Part shown: piece by piece, positions 1 through 11,296 of the stretch | Numbering within the stretch: position 1 is the stretch's first letter | How the letters are laid out: every line of letters starts with the position of its first letter | Source: an uncultured Hormoscilla sp. | GTDB lineage: Bacteria > Cyanobacteriota > Cyanobacteriia > Cyanobacteriales > Desertifilaceae | DNA length: 64,000 nucleotides | Direction: 5' to 3' | Assembly: GCA_963921275.4 (NCBI GenBank) | Contig: OZ001293.3 | Location: forward strand, 352,001 to 416,000 | The notes under the pieces: model-generated | Database searches by the model: none | What the model was told of the DNA's origin: nothing | The model's input: only the letters and a program-made list of their open reading frames with translations | Translations under genes and position numbers: made by a program

Positions 1-784
1 TATCGAATACCAGTATGCAGGGTTTGCGCTTGAGAATCTCGATCAGTCTTTGGGTCTTTTGCTGATAATCTTCTGGGGAGATTACTGTTGGGGTGGTTTC
101 GCTTTTTCCTAACAGCGGACAGGCCCCAGCATGACAGCTTGCGGCGATCGCAGTGGAACTGCTTTTCCTCGAAAGGGTGGATAACAAACTTTCAAGGATG
201 CGATCGCATGGGGGTGGTTTGTCGGTGGGCGATCGCAAGTTAGCCCAGGCGGCGGCAAGGAAGGGAGCATTTTCGCTGTGGAGTTCGCGGAGTAGCTGAC
301 TGACGAGGGTAGTTTTGCTGATGGCTGCCATGCCGACGATACTGATACCGGTGATGGGTGCGATCGTAGGATAGGCGTCTCGCCTGTCACTGTTCGTAGT
401 AAGCACTTCAGTGCTTCCCCCCATGACATTGGTATCGAGAATTTGAGCTTTCAGAGTTGCCAGTGCCTGCGTGCGCCCCACCCAGTTCCTCACTGGCGGT
501 AAGTTGTCCGGTAGGGTAAAGCCTCGATCGGACTGATGCGCCTCCGCTTCCATAAACTCGTCGCGCTCAATGATATCTTCCCAGTTATCGATACCTACAG
601 CCTTGCAGATATCGATAAACGTCTCTCGTTTAATTGGATGTCGCTGCCAAAACCGCTTCAAGGTAGCGTTTGAAGTAAAGGCCGCGTCACGCCAACTCTC
701 AGATGATTTCTTCCACCCAAAATTGCGTCTGGCTAGATTAACGATTCTCAGCCCCTCTTCCGATGCTCTGAGTGACCCTGCCAT
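1..784 (-). CDS. N-terminal part of an HTH + NB-ARC/STAND-type P-loop protein; runs off the left edge
   Basis: Manual translation from ATG at 784 is open to position 1 (MAGSLRASEEGLRIVNLARR...TLKRFWQRHPIKRETFIDICKAVG...NWVGRTQAL...IVGMAAISKTTLV...PCILVFD). Walker A is degenerate; a Walker B-like ILVFD is present. Not in the ORF track because no stop lies in the window. Confidence 0.7.
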   Translation of the reverse strand, partial: MAGSLRASEEGLRIVNLARRNFGWKKSSESWRDAAFTSNATLKRFWQRHPIKRETFIDICKAVGIDNWEDIIERDEFMEAEAHQSDRGFTLPDNLPPVRNWVGRTQALATLKAQILDTNVMGGSTEVLTTNSDRRDAYPTIAPITGISIVGMAAISKTTLVSQLLRELHSENAPFLAAAWANLRSPTDKPPPCDRILESLLSTLSRKSSSTAIAASCHAGACPLLGKSETTPTVISPEDYQQKTQRLIEILKRKPCILVFD

Positions 785-851
785 AAGGCTTAGCTCCTGC
801 CGGTGTTCTATCTAGTCTAGATGGGATTATTGGTCATTTTAGCAGGGAATA

Positions 852-946
852 ACTGAGCTAACTGAGCCAAGTGAGACAAGTGAGACAAAATTTTGAGCCA
901 AATGAGCCAAAATTTTGAGCTAAATGAGACAAAAACTGAGACAAAT
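852..946 (+). repeat. About nine tandem copies of TGAG(C/A)(C/T)AA between divergent genes
   Basis: ctgagctaa ctgagccaag tgagacaag tgagacaaaatt ttgagccaaa tgagccaaaatt ttgagctaaa tgagacaaaaac tgagacaaa. Confidence 0.85.
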
Positions 947-1118
947 AAGATTGACAGTTGTTAGGAAAATAAGGCAAGATATAAGAGGGTGAAGTTAAAG
1001 AACCCGATATCAGTTCTCCATGACGGTAGCAGCGACCTTGGGTTAAATGGATACCAATGGTTGTTGCTAGATTGTGGTAGTTAGCTAGCTAAGCGGAATT
1101 CGAGAGAGGTATTTACTT

Positions 1119-1850
1119 ATGAAATTATCTCATAGTAAATTAGGCAGTACAGCAGCCAGTATTGTTCTAGCAGCCGTTTCTACCTTATTAACTGCTTTGC
1201 CTTCTCAGGCAGATGGTTATAGGATTGGTTTTTCTAACGGCTGTCATTCCGCGACTATAAGAGTTGCTGTATCTTGGAAGGATACTAATTCAGGTGAATG
1301 GATCGATCAGGGTTGGTATGAGTTTTCACCAGGTGAACGATCTCTTTTGAATGGGCCTCGGACAAGAAACAGAACGTTCTACTACTATGCAGAATCCACT
1401 GATGGTTCAAAGAAATGGTATTCAAACGATCAGCCTGCATTAGTTGTAAATGGCCGAGTTATAGTCCTAGAAGGGAAGTTGCTGATTTTTCTAATGGCTG
1501 CTAATAACTCTGGTACTAGAGCCACAGTTAATGTTGTTGGGTTAGACAGAAAAGAAAATGTATTATTTGTGTCAAAACACTTGGATATTCCTACAGCTTG
1601 CGGCAGATGGGATACCTGTTCTTCAGATCGAAGGGGTCGTAGAGATCAACAGATTTCACCTGAGATAGCAAAATTTGTAAATCGTCTCAGAATCCACCTT
1701 TCCGATCGTCAAGGTCCGAGCATTTATAGCAGAATGACCCGAGCCATTCGCGAATCTTGCAGTACTTACGACGAACTACCTGTTACAGCTCGGGCCGCTA
1801 TAGCTGCTGAAACTGGCTTTCCAGGCTGCAATCCTGCGGGCGCACCCTGA
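1119..1850 (+). CDS. Secreted DUF1036-like domain protein
   Basis: Signal peptide ending PSQA; motif N-x-C...IRVAV...W...GWY...PGE...FYYYA. Confidence 0.55.
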   Translation: MKLSHSKLGSTAASIVLAAVSTLLTALPSQADGYRIGFSNGCHSATIRVAVSWKDTNSGEWIDQGWYEFSPGERSLLNGPRTRNRTFYYYAESTDGSKKWYSNDQPALVVNGRVIVLEGKLLIFLMAANNSGTRATVNVVGLDRKENVLFVSKHLDIPTACGRWDTCSSDRRGRRDQQISPEIAKFVNRLRIHLSDRQGPSIYSRMTRAIRESCSTYDELPVTARAAIAAETGFPGCNPAGAP

Positions 1851-1917
1851 AGCGCGTGAGCCACTTGAATTGCCAGTGGTGATAAAACAAGTTTACCACT
1901 ACCAAAAAATTATCCTT

Positions 1918-2530
1918 GTAGGGGCGAAGCATTGCGGCTTCGCCCCTACCCCGCGACAGAGGAATTATAGCTTCGTTTCATCATATCCCTTGTCTTCGGG
2001 GGCCGGGCGAAGCATTTGGATCCCATATTATTCATTTATCCCCATCACCGATCGCCCAAATGCGGGCCCCTACAGCTTCTGGTGTTCCCGATAACTTTTC
2101 TGCTGGAGAAAGGGTGCGATCGCCTTCCGTTATATTGACAATACCACGTCCGAGGGCGTCCGAGGGTAGGGGCACGGCATCAAATAACTATGCGATCGCC
2201 CCCGAAAATTAACGTTCCGCCGTGCCCCGACGCGATCCGATCGCAATATCCATCCGGGGCACGGCAATAGATAGATCCGCGATCGTACCCGAAAATCAAC
2301 TGATGCCGTGCCCCTACTACATATTGTGTCAAATTGGTCCAGCGCCGCGATCGCCTTCCATTCTGTTAACAATTTCATCTTTGAATAGGGAAACCCGCTG
2401 GCGGGTTTTATTTTTGTAGACGCGACTGGTGTTCCCGATAACTTTTCTGCTGGATAAAGGGTGCGATCGTGCGATCGTCTTGTAGGGGCGGCCTTCGCAG
2501 CGGCTGCGCAGCAGCTAGCATTGCGGCGAT
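1918..2530. repeat. Cluster of GTAG-type REP-like palindromes
   Basis: GTAGGGGCGAAGC-attgcg-GCTTCGCCCCTAC at 1918-1949; inverted pair GTAGGGGCACGGCATC (2166) and GATGCCGTGCCCCTAC (ending 2317); duplicated ggtgttcccgataacttttctgctgga. Confidence 0.75.
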
Positions 2531-2725
2531 CGAAAAAAGCATTGCTCAAGTTTCAAAAACGCGCTTAACCCTTGCGCTGTGGGAATTTTGCTCTCTCTTT
2601 TTCAAACTACGAACTACGAACTACTTACACCCCACGCACCGATCTCGCAGTCTGGTGTCCCGATCGGGCGCGACCTGTGCTTCTCCCTTTTCTGGCATCG
2701 CCTTATGTGGTATACTATAGAGTAG

Positions 2726-3055
2726 ATGCGCGATCGAACCAAAAAAGACATTCGATATTTTCTTTATAGTTCCGACACCACTGGGCTTTACCGTTCGCAC
2801 TACAGTTTACTACTGGGACTTATTACCACCGACAAGCATCCCATAATGCTGGGTAGAGAAGTTGACGTGCAGGAAACATTGCGAATGATGAAATTTGTCG
2901 GAGTCGAGAAAACCCACATGTATCTTTTTTATCGATTGGAACGTCCCTTACGGTGGCTATGCGCGGTTGCCAAGCGCCTCAACGGCGAAGGTTTTTTGAT
3001 TACTGCTTATCCCACCGATGCAATTAAGGAAGGCGAACAAATATGGGTCAAGTAA
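2726..3055 (+). CDS. Putative toxin partner of the DUF2283 protein; N-terminus probably corrupted
   Basis: C-terminal motif RWLCAVAKRLNGEGFLITAYPTDAIKEGEQIW; overlaps the downstream DUF2283 gene. Confidence 0.45.
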   Translation: MRDRTKKDIRYFLYSSDTTGLYRSHYSLLLGLITTDKHPIMLGREVDVQETLRMMKFVGVEKTHMYLFYRLERPLRWLCAVAKRLNGEGFLITAYPTDAIKEGEQIWVK

Positions 3056-3255
3056 AAATTATTCACGATCGGATTGGCAATACCCTGACGGTTTGGTGGG
3101 GAAATCCACAAAATGAATATGTTTGCGAAGAAACGGGGAATGGTGTTATCCAGATGAAAGACCGCAATGGGCAAGTCATTGGTTTTGAAAAGCTTTATTT
3201 CCAAGTGGATGATTCTGAACCCTTACAGTGCGCTTTGTCAACAGTCGAGATTTGA
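3043..3255 (+). CDS. DUF2283 domain protein (putative antitoxin)
   Basis: MGQVKIIHDRIGNTLTVWWG...EET...MKDRNGQVIGFEKL. Confidence 0.65.
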   Translation: MGQVKIIHDRIGNTLTVWWGNPQNEYVCEETGNGVIQMKDRNGQVIGFEKLYFQVDDSEPLQCALSTVEI

Positions 3256-3469
3256 ATGGTAAAAGTAGTACCGCCCACCAATGCAGTCGAGCGGTAGGGT
3301 GGCAATACTTCTCGGTTAAGCATGGCGGCAGGTACATTGTCATTGCGAGGGGGGGGTACGTAGCGATAACTTATGCTCAATTGAGGTAATGGTGCTTACA
3401 TCTTGCGCCGATCGCCATAACCCTTGGCGGGCCATGAGGCTAATCTCCAATGGCGCAAGTGCGATCGGC

Positions 3470-4093
3470 CTATGGAAACAAGTCGCGGACCCTCAAGGAA
3501 CCCACAGTCCGATCGCCGATCGCCACCTCAACTGCATCGGATAGGCTATAATATTGGCGCTGCTGATAAAGTGGCCCTGACGGAAGCTCAACCGGTTGGG
3601 AATAAACTTCAAGTTGCCTTTCCACAAGATTAACAATCCAATAAACCGGTATTCCCGCCCGCCCATAGAGGCGTTGTTTCAAAGTGCGATCGCGTTCCAG
3701 GGTAGAGTCAGCAACTTCCACCACTAAACTTAAGTCTCGCGCACCTGGATGGCGATCGAGATAATCGCGGGTATCGCCTCGCACGACCACAATATCTGGT
3801 TCCGGCTCGCTATCATCTAGTGTAATGGGTTCTTGCGAGTCTACGTACCAGCCGTCAGGTGCGATCGCTTCCAGAGCATTTCGAGTTAGCTTAGTAGCAG
3901 CGCGATGTTGAGGATTTTTGGGCATTTTCTGAATTAACCAACCTTCCAGCAGTTCGATCGCATCATCGGAGTCGAGGATACCCGATCGAATCATTTGGTG
4001 ATACTGCTCGACCGTCAAGCGCCAAACAGGTTCAGTGGGTACAGCCAGAGGTTGGCTCTTAATTTGCCGATCTGTTTTAGTAGAGACAGACAA
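3470..4093 (-). CDS. Uma2 family endonuclease
   Basis: ELLEGW, EPEPD, LVVEVADSTL, YWIVNL motifs. Confidence 0.9.
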   Translation of the reverse strand: MSVSTKTDRQIKSQPLAVPTEPVWRLTVEQYHQMIRSGILDSDDAIELLEGWLIQKMPKNPQHRAATKLTRNALEAIAPDGWYVDSQEPITLDDSEPEPDIVVVRGDTRDYLDRHPGARDLSLVVEVADSTLERDRTLKQRLYGRAGIPVYWIVNLVERQLEVYSQPVELPSGPLYQQRQYYSLSDAVEVAIGDRTVGSLRVRDLFP

Positions 4094-4209
4094 TTCTTTT
4101 CTCCTGTCAGAGCTTATCCCATCCTAGCACATCCGCTCTGGCTCTATCAGCTTCCTTGACGGTGTCTCCTGGGAGCGCTACTCGCACATTCATAGGAGAC
4201 ACCGCTCAG

Positions 4210-4593
4210 TCATCCGACAGTCTGAGGTTTAGCTATTTTATCTTCTCTATGAGCCCCAGCGTCAACTTCTCCATGCTTGTCCCGATGCACCAACTCGCCA
4301 AACAGCTCAAAAAACCTATCCAAAGCTTCCCTCTCATCTTCAGAATAAAAGAGAATGATTCGATCCCATGACTGAGTTGAAGGTTGGTCAAATCGCCTCT
4401 CGATCCACTCTTGAAACTCTTCAAATTCCCGTTCTTCTTCTGTTATCGGCACTTCCATTTCTCTTCGCGCCAAGCTGTACTCATCCAAAAACACCTGCAA
4501 ATGACTAAGCGATCGTCTCCCCAAATACATAAAATGTCTTTGTTTAATCTTTGTCAACATTTCATAAAAACTGCTCATCTTCTTTTCCCTCAA
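4210..4593 (-). CDS. Conserved cyanobacterial hypothetical protein
   Basis: MYLGRRSL...FQEWIE...SWDRIILFYSEDEREAL; true start may be the internal MSSFYEML. Confidence 0.6.
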   Translation of the reverse strand: MREKKMSSFYEMLTKIKQRHFMYLGRRSLSHLQVFLDEYSLARREMEVPITEEEREFEEFQEWIERRFDQPSTQSWDRIILFYSEDEREALDRFFELFGELVHRDKHGEVDAGAHREDKIAKPQTVG

Positions 4594-4679
4594 TCTTTGT
4601 TACCCAACGAACGCAACCTCAATAACATCTATTGGTTGGGTTTCGTCCGGAAACCCAACCGGAGGGCGATCGTCGCAGA

Positions 4680-4954
4680 ATTAGTCATCACGTAATTCGT
4701 CAGCGATTTGGTCATAGTCTAGGTTGATTACCGGGATTTTCATTCGTCCGATAGCGCAGCGTGGCGCAGCCATGTTCAAACATAAATTGAATTTTGTTCA
4801 TGTGACAAAATTCAGCGGCCTTGCCTAGAGACAACCGCCGTAACTCATACAGTTTTACTGCCAGCAAGAAGACCAGTTCTGCTTCTAAATCTTGGGGTGA
4901 TTTGCCCGAGGTAATGAGTAACTCCTCGGGGTAGGAAATAGACATATCTGGCAT
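4680..4954 (-). pseudogene. UPF0175 family antitoxin frameshifted by a 22-bp insertion
   Basis: LAVKLYE...SLGKAAE motif; removing 4752-4773 restores MFELGRMKIPVINLDYDQIADELRDD*. Confidence 0.75.
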
Positions 4955-5223
4955 AGTTGTCTGAGGTAGTTAATCTGGTGTAATGCGATCGGTATCACTT
5001 GAAAATACATTATACTTACATCTTGCACCGATCGCAACAACCAGCTTTTTCTATAATGTTTTCAGTCGGTTTTAACCGACTTTAGCTATTAGCGGGAGGT
5101 TTTAACCCCCGGCGGGCCATGAGGCTAATCGAGAATGGTGCAATATCTCATTTATAGCATAATTATGCGCTTCTTGAGGTACAGTGAGATCGCCTCTCAA
5201 ATCTTTCCGTTGACTAGATTTTC

Positions 5224-5515
5224 TCACAGCAACACCGCCTCTTGCAATACCCGATCGCGGATGCTAGTTTTCAAACCATTTTCGGTCACCACATCCACAT
5301 TTATCCCCAGCAAGCTTTCCAACTCACGAATTAATCGTACTGGAAACCAAGGACTGAGATTTTCCCCTAAATATATCAAAAAATTAATACGCTTCGCTGC
5401 TATCTGCATCAGCTTCTCCCCTAGCTACCGAACCAAAAACCCGCACAAGCGCCATGTTTCGCCGCTATTTGCAGGATCTTTCTCGCTTTTCTTTCTGCAG
5501 TTACTCAATACCCAT
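5224..5515 (-). pseudogene. MNT-family minimal nucleotidyltransferase (antitoxin), degraded
   Basis: MGIE* early stop and frameshifts; C-terminus LESLLGINVDVVTENGLKTSIRDRVLQEAVLL is typical. Confidence 0.75.
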
Positions 5516-5716
5516 CGCCCGATCGCCTCTATCAACCCATTTTGACTACATCATCCATCTTAGCACAGAACCCAAGATTTCGGCAAGCGCTCGAGAATTA
5601 TTCATACCCAGAAACCCGGTTTCTCCAAGAAACGGGTTTCTTAGACTTGATAATAGACATCCAGGTTAGCTATAATCTACAATAGAAGCGATAGTTCAGA
5701 TAGTGAAGAGGTCGAG

Positions 5717-6013
5717 ATGACAAAAACCGCTACTCATAATGTGCTATTGGCACCGGAACAATATGAAACCCTAGCCCAGATGGCCAGTCAAGAAGGTCGC
5801 AGCATTTCCGATCTAGCACAAGAAATGGTGCGCTTAGGGCTAGAAACTCGGGAAAAGCAAAAACAGCACAACTTGAAAATCCTCGATCGTTTAACCCAGC
5901 GGCGCATCAAATACCATCGCCAGCACGGTATGTATCCAGGCGATCTAGTTGCCCAAGTCCGAGCCGAACGGGAAAAACAAATTGACAGGGTAATCAGAGG
6001 TGAACCAGGCTAA
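5717..6013 (+). CDS. Ribbon-helix-helix/CopG-like protein (probable antitoxin)
   Basis: L..EQYETLAQMASQEGRSISDLAQEMV. Confidence 0.55.
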   Translation: MTKTATHNVLLAPEQYETLAQMASQEGRSISDLAQEMVRLGLETREKQKQHNLKILDRLTQRRIKYHRQHGMYPGDLVAQVRAEREKQIDRVIRGEPG

Positions 6014-6060
6014 CTATAATAGACAAGAGAAGCAAGTGTTCAGATAGTGAAGAAGTCAAG

Positions 6061-6297
6061 ATGACCCCAAAAAATCTAGCACAAGAAATGCTGCGCTTAG
6101 AGCTAGAAACTCGGGAAAAACAAAAACAGCACAACTTGGCAATTCTCGATCGCGTAGCGTGCGCGCAGCGCAATCGTTTGACCCTCCTCCGGGAAGAAAT
6201 ATACCAAACTCACGGTATGTTTCCAGGCGATCTAGTTGTCCAAGTCCGGGCCGAACGGGAAAAACAAATTGACAGAGTAATGAGAGGTGAACCATGA
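6061..6297 (+). pseudogene. Tandem duplicate of the upstream RHH gene, N-terminally deleted, with a 24-bp insertion
   Basis: Near-identical protein and upstream region (~5660-5720 vs ~6003-6063); extra RVACAQRN. Confidence 0.75.
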
Positions 6298-6357
6298 AAA
6301 TCCGATTTATTAATATTAATTAAAATAGCTTTAGAGTTATATAAAGTTATTTAGTTA

Positions 6358-7360
6358 ACGTGAGTTCGACGGACTGGACAAAAGCGAAAGAAAGGCGGAG
6401 ACTGGGTTTGAAGGATTTTCGTCTCTGCCACCATGAGTCAAATTGTATCGCGCCTGGACATCACCAGCATCTTCTGCGATGTAGACGACTTCTGTCAGTT
6501 TTTCGAGCGCCAGTGGAAACAGCAGCCCCAGTTGCCCTCTATGCCAGGGGAACGGCGATTTCGTTCCCGTATGAGTCTATCAGAAATCATGACGATCGCG
6601 ATCGCCTTCCATGGCTCGGGTTTTCGCATTTTCAAGGAGTTCTACACTTTGTGTGTACTCCCCCATTGGCACAAAGCCTTCCCCAATTTGGTCAGCTACA
6701 CACGCTTTGTCGAGTTGATGCCCTGGTGTTTGATGCTATTGTGTTGCTTCCTTCACACCCGAAAAGGGGAAGTAACTGGTATTTCTTTTGTCGATTCTAT
6801 TCCGATAGAAGTCTGTAGCCTTTGTTGTGCCCGGGGTCACATGGTTTTTGAGGGACTGGCTCATTGGGGGAAAACTCGGTGGGTTGGCTCTTTGGATTCA
6901 AGTTGCTCCTGGTTATCAATGCTCGAGGAGAACTGTTGGCTTTCAAACTGACTCCCGGGAATATTGACGATCGGAAACTTGTACCAGACATGGCTCAAGA
7001 TTTGTTTGGTAAGTTGTTTGGCGATCGAGGGTATGTCTCTTAAAAACTATTCGAGGGGTTGTACGAGTAAGGTTTTCAATTGATTACCAAATATAAACGA
7101 AAGATGAAAAACGGCTTTGTTAAGATGGTGGACAAAATTTTCCTCCGGAAGCGAGCCTTGATTTCATCGGTCAACGACCAACTCAAGAACATCTGTCAAA
7201 TCGAACATTCTCGCTATCGTAGCGTGTTCAACTTCCTGGTCAACCTGCTGGCCGGGTTGGTGGCTTACACCTACGCTGATCAAAAACCTCGCCTCGTTCT
7301 GGAGTTCAAAGGCTTACTAGCACTGCCTCCTGCTTTCTTCTAGTTTCGTCGAACTCACGT
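6358..7360 (+). mobile_element. IS982-family insertion sequence with a disrupted transposase (6433-7343)
   Basis: TIRs ACGTGAGTTCGACG / CGTCGAACTCACGT; 7-bp TSD TTAGTTA; IFCDVDDFC, DS and GDRGY motifs; frameshift and stops. Confidence 0.9.
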
Positions 7361-7524
7361 TTAGTTAATATTTCAACAAACTGAAACCCTTACCCTGTGG
7401 GGGTTACAGCTTTTGTATCTTGGCCAGCGATCGCAAAGGATCGACTCGTTATATAGATGGTCTCACCCCTTAGCTGCTAATGTAGGATGGTACCCAACAG
7501 ACCCCTAGCGCCTAACATTTAGTT

Positions 7525-8616
7525 ATGCCCCGACCTGTTTTATACATCGCCATCACCAATCACGGATTCGGTCATGCCGTGAGAGCATCATCGGTGGCCG
7601 CAGCCCTGAAGCAACGGTATCCCGAACTGCTGCTGATTCTGGTGACAGCCGCACCGCGATGGTTGCTAGAATCCTACATTCCCGGGGATTTCATTCATCG
7701 CCCTCGGGCCTTCGATGTGGGCGTGATTCAATCTGATAGCTTGACAATGGATAAGGACGCAACTCTAGAAAAATTGCGGCATATTCGCGCTCAACAAAAA
7801 TCAATTGTCGCCGGAGAAGTCAGTTATATCCGTCAAAATCGGGTAGGTCTAGTTTTGGCTGATATCCCCCCCTTGGCAGCGGAAATTGCCACAGCCGCTG
7901 GGATTCCCTGTTGGATGTTGAGTAATTTCGGTTGGGATTTTATTTATCGAGATTGGGGCGGTGAGTTTCTCGAAATTGCCGATTGGATTGGCCAGTCTTA
8001 CCAAAAGTGCGATCGGCTATTTCGCCTCCCCCTCTACGAACCCATGACTGCCTTTGAGAATATTACCGATGTCGGGTTAACTGGCGGCAACTCGCGCTAT
8101 ACTGCTGCCGAAATCCGCGATCGCCTGGAACTAACAGCACCTCGGGAAAAAACCATCTTACTCACCTTTGGGGGACTGAGTTTGCAGGCCATTCCCTACC
8201 AAATATTGCCACAGTTTCCTGATTGGCAATTCATCACCCTGGATCGACTTGCACCTGACTTACCCAATTTACTGAAAATTTCTGGTCAAGAATACCGTCC
8301 CGTAGACATAATGCCAGCCTGCGGGCGCGTAATTTCTAAACCTGGATACAGCACCTTTGCCGAAGCTATGCAACAGGAAGTACCAATTATCTCTCTGACC
8401 AGGGAGGGTTTTGCCGAAACCCCCCTGTTGCTGGCTGGCATTCAAGATTATAGTTATCATCAAATTATTACCCCCGCTGAGTTTTACTCTAGCAATTGGC
8501 AGTTACTGCGGCAAGCACCCCTGCCCCCCCGCCAGCAGTCACCCTTGGATAAAAATGGCAGCCAGGCGATCGCCCGAGAAGTGGCGAACTATTTTAAGAG
8601 TTTAAATAAAACTTGA
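7525..8616 (+). CDS. Glycosyltransferase-like (GT-B) protein
   Basis: HGFGHA, NFGWD, SKPGYSTFAEA motifs. Confidence 0.8.
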   Translation: MPRPVLYIAITNHGFGHAVRASSVAAALKQRYPELLLILVTAAPRWLLESYIPGDFIHRPRAFDVGVIQSDSLTMDKDATLEKLRHIRAQQKSIVAGEVSYIRQNRVGLVLADIPPLAAEIATAAGIPCWMLSNFGWDFIYRDWGGEFLEIADWIGQSYQKCDRLFRLPLYEPMTAFENITDVGLTGGNSRYTAAEIRDRLELTAPREKTILLTFGGLSLQAIPYQILPQFPDWQFITLDRLAPDLPNLLKISGQEYRPVDIMPACGRVISKPGYSTFAEAMQQEVPIISLTREGFAETPLLLAGIQDYSYHQIITPAEFYSSNWQLLRQAPLPPRQQSPLDKNGSQAIAREVANYFKSLNKT

Positions 8617-8628
8617 CAATTAACCAAG

Positions 8629-9048
8629 ATGAGTCATTATCAACAGCAACTGCGAATCAAAACCAGAGGCAAATCCTTTTGCCGCATCACATCTAACCTG
8701 CAAGAAATAGTCACATATTCAGGGATCCAAACGGGACTATGTACCATATTTTTGCGTCACACATCAGCTAGCTTGCTGATCCAAGAAAACGCCGATCCAG
8801 ACATGCTTAAAGACATGGAAAACTTCTTTGCCAAGCTAGTGCCAGAGGATGGCAAAAGCTACATTCACGATACCGAAGGACCGGACGACATGCCTGCCCA
8901 TATTCGCACAGCCCTCACCAAGACATCAGAACAGATCCCCATTCATCAAGGAAAATTGCTGCTAGGAACCTGGCAGGGCATTTACCTTTGGGAGCACCGG
9001 CAGCAGGGGCATTCCCGAGAAATCATCGTTCACATTACAGGCAATTGA
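8629..9048 (+). CDS. yjbQ: YjbQ/UPF0047 family protein
   Basis: HTSASL..ENADP, EGPDDMPAH, LGTWQGIYLWEHR. Confidence 0.9.
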   Translation: MSHYQQQLRIKTRGKSFCRITSNLQEIVTYSGIQTGLCTIFLRHTSASLLIQENADPDMLKDMENFFAKLVPEDGKSYIHDTEGPDDMPAHIRTALTKTSEQIPIHQGKLLLGTWQGIYLWEHRQQGHSREIIVHITGN

Positions 9049-9088
9049 GCTAAAATAATATTCAGAAACACCCCACTAGAGGGGTGAA

Positions 9089-11236
<2,148 letters not shown>

Positions 11237-11296
11237 AGCTTATCAGGGTGGATGGCCAATCAGAGTATAGATTATTATCCCCAAGGTGATGATTGG

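Noticed and set aside
9071..9088. Class IIC-style insertion after a terminator hairpin (CCCC-actaga-GGGG)
   Set aside because: The site is explained by EBS1/EBS2 pairing, and other copies lack upstream hairpins.
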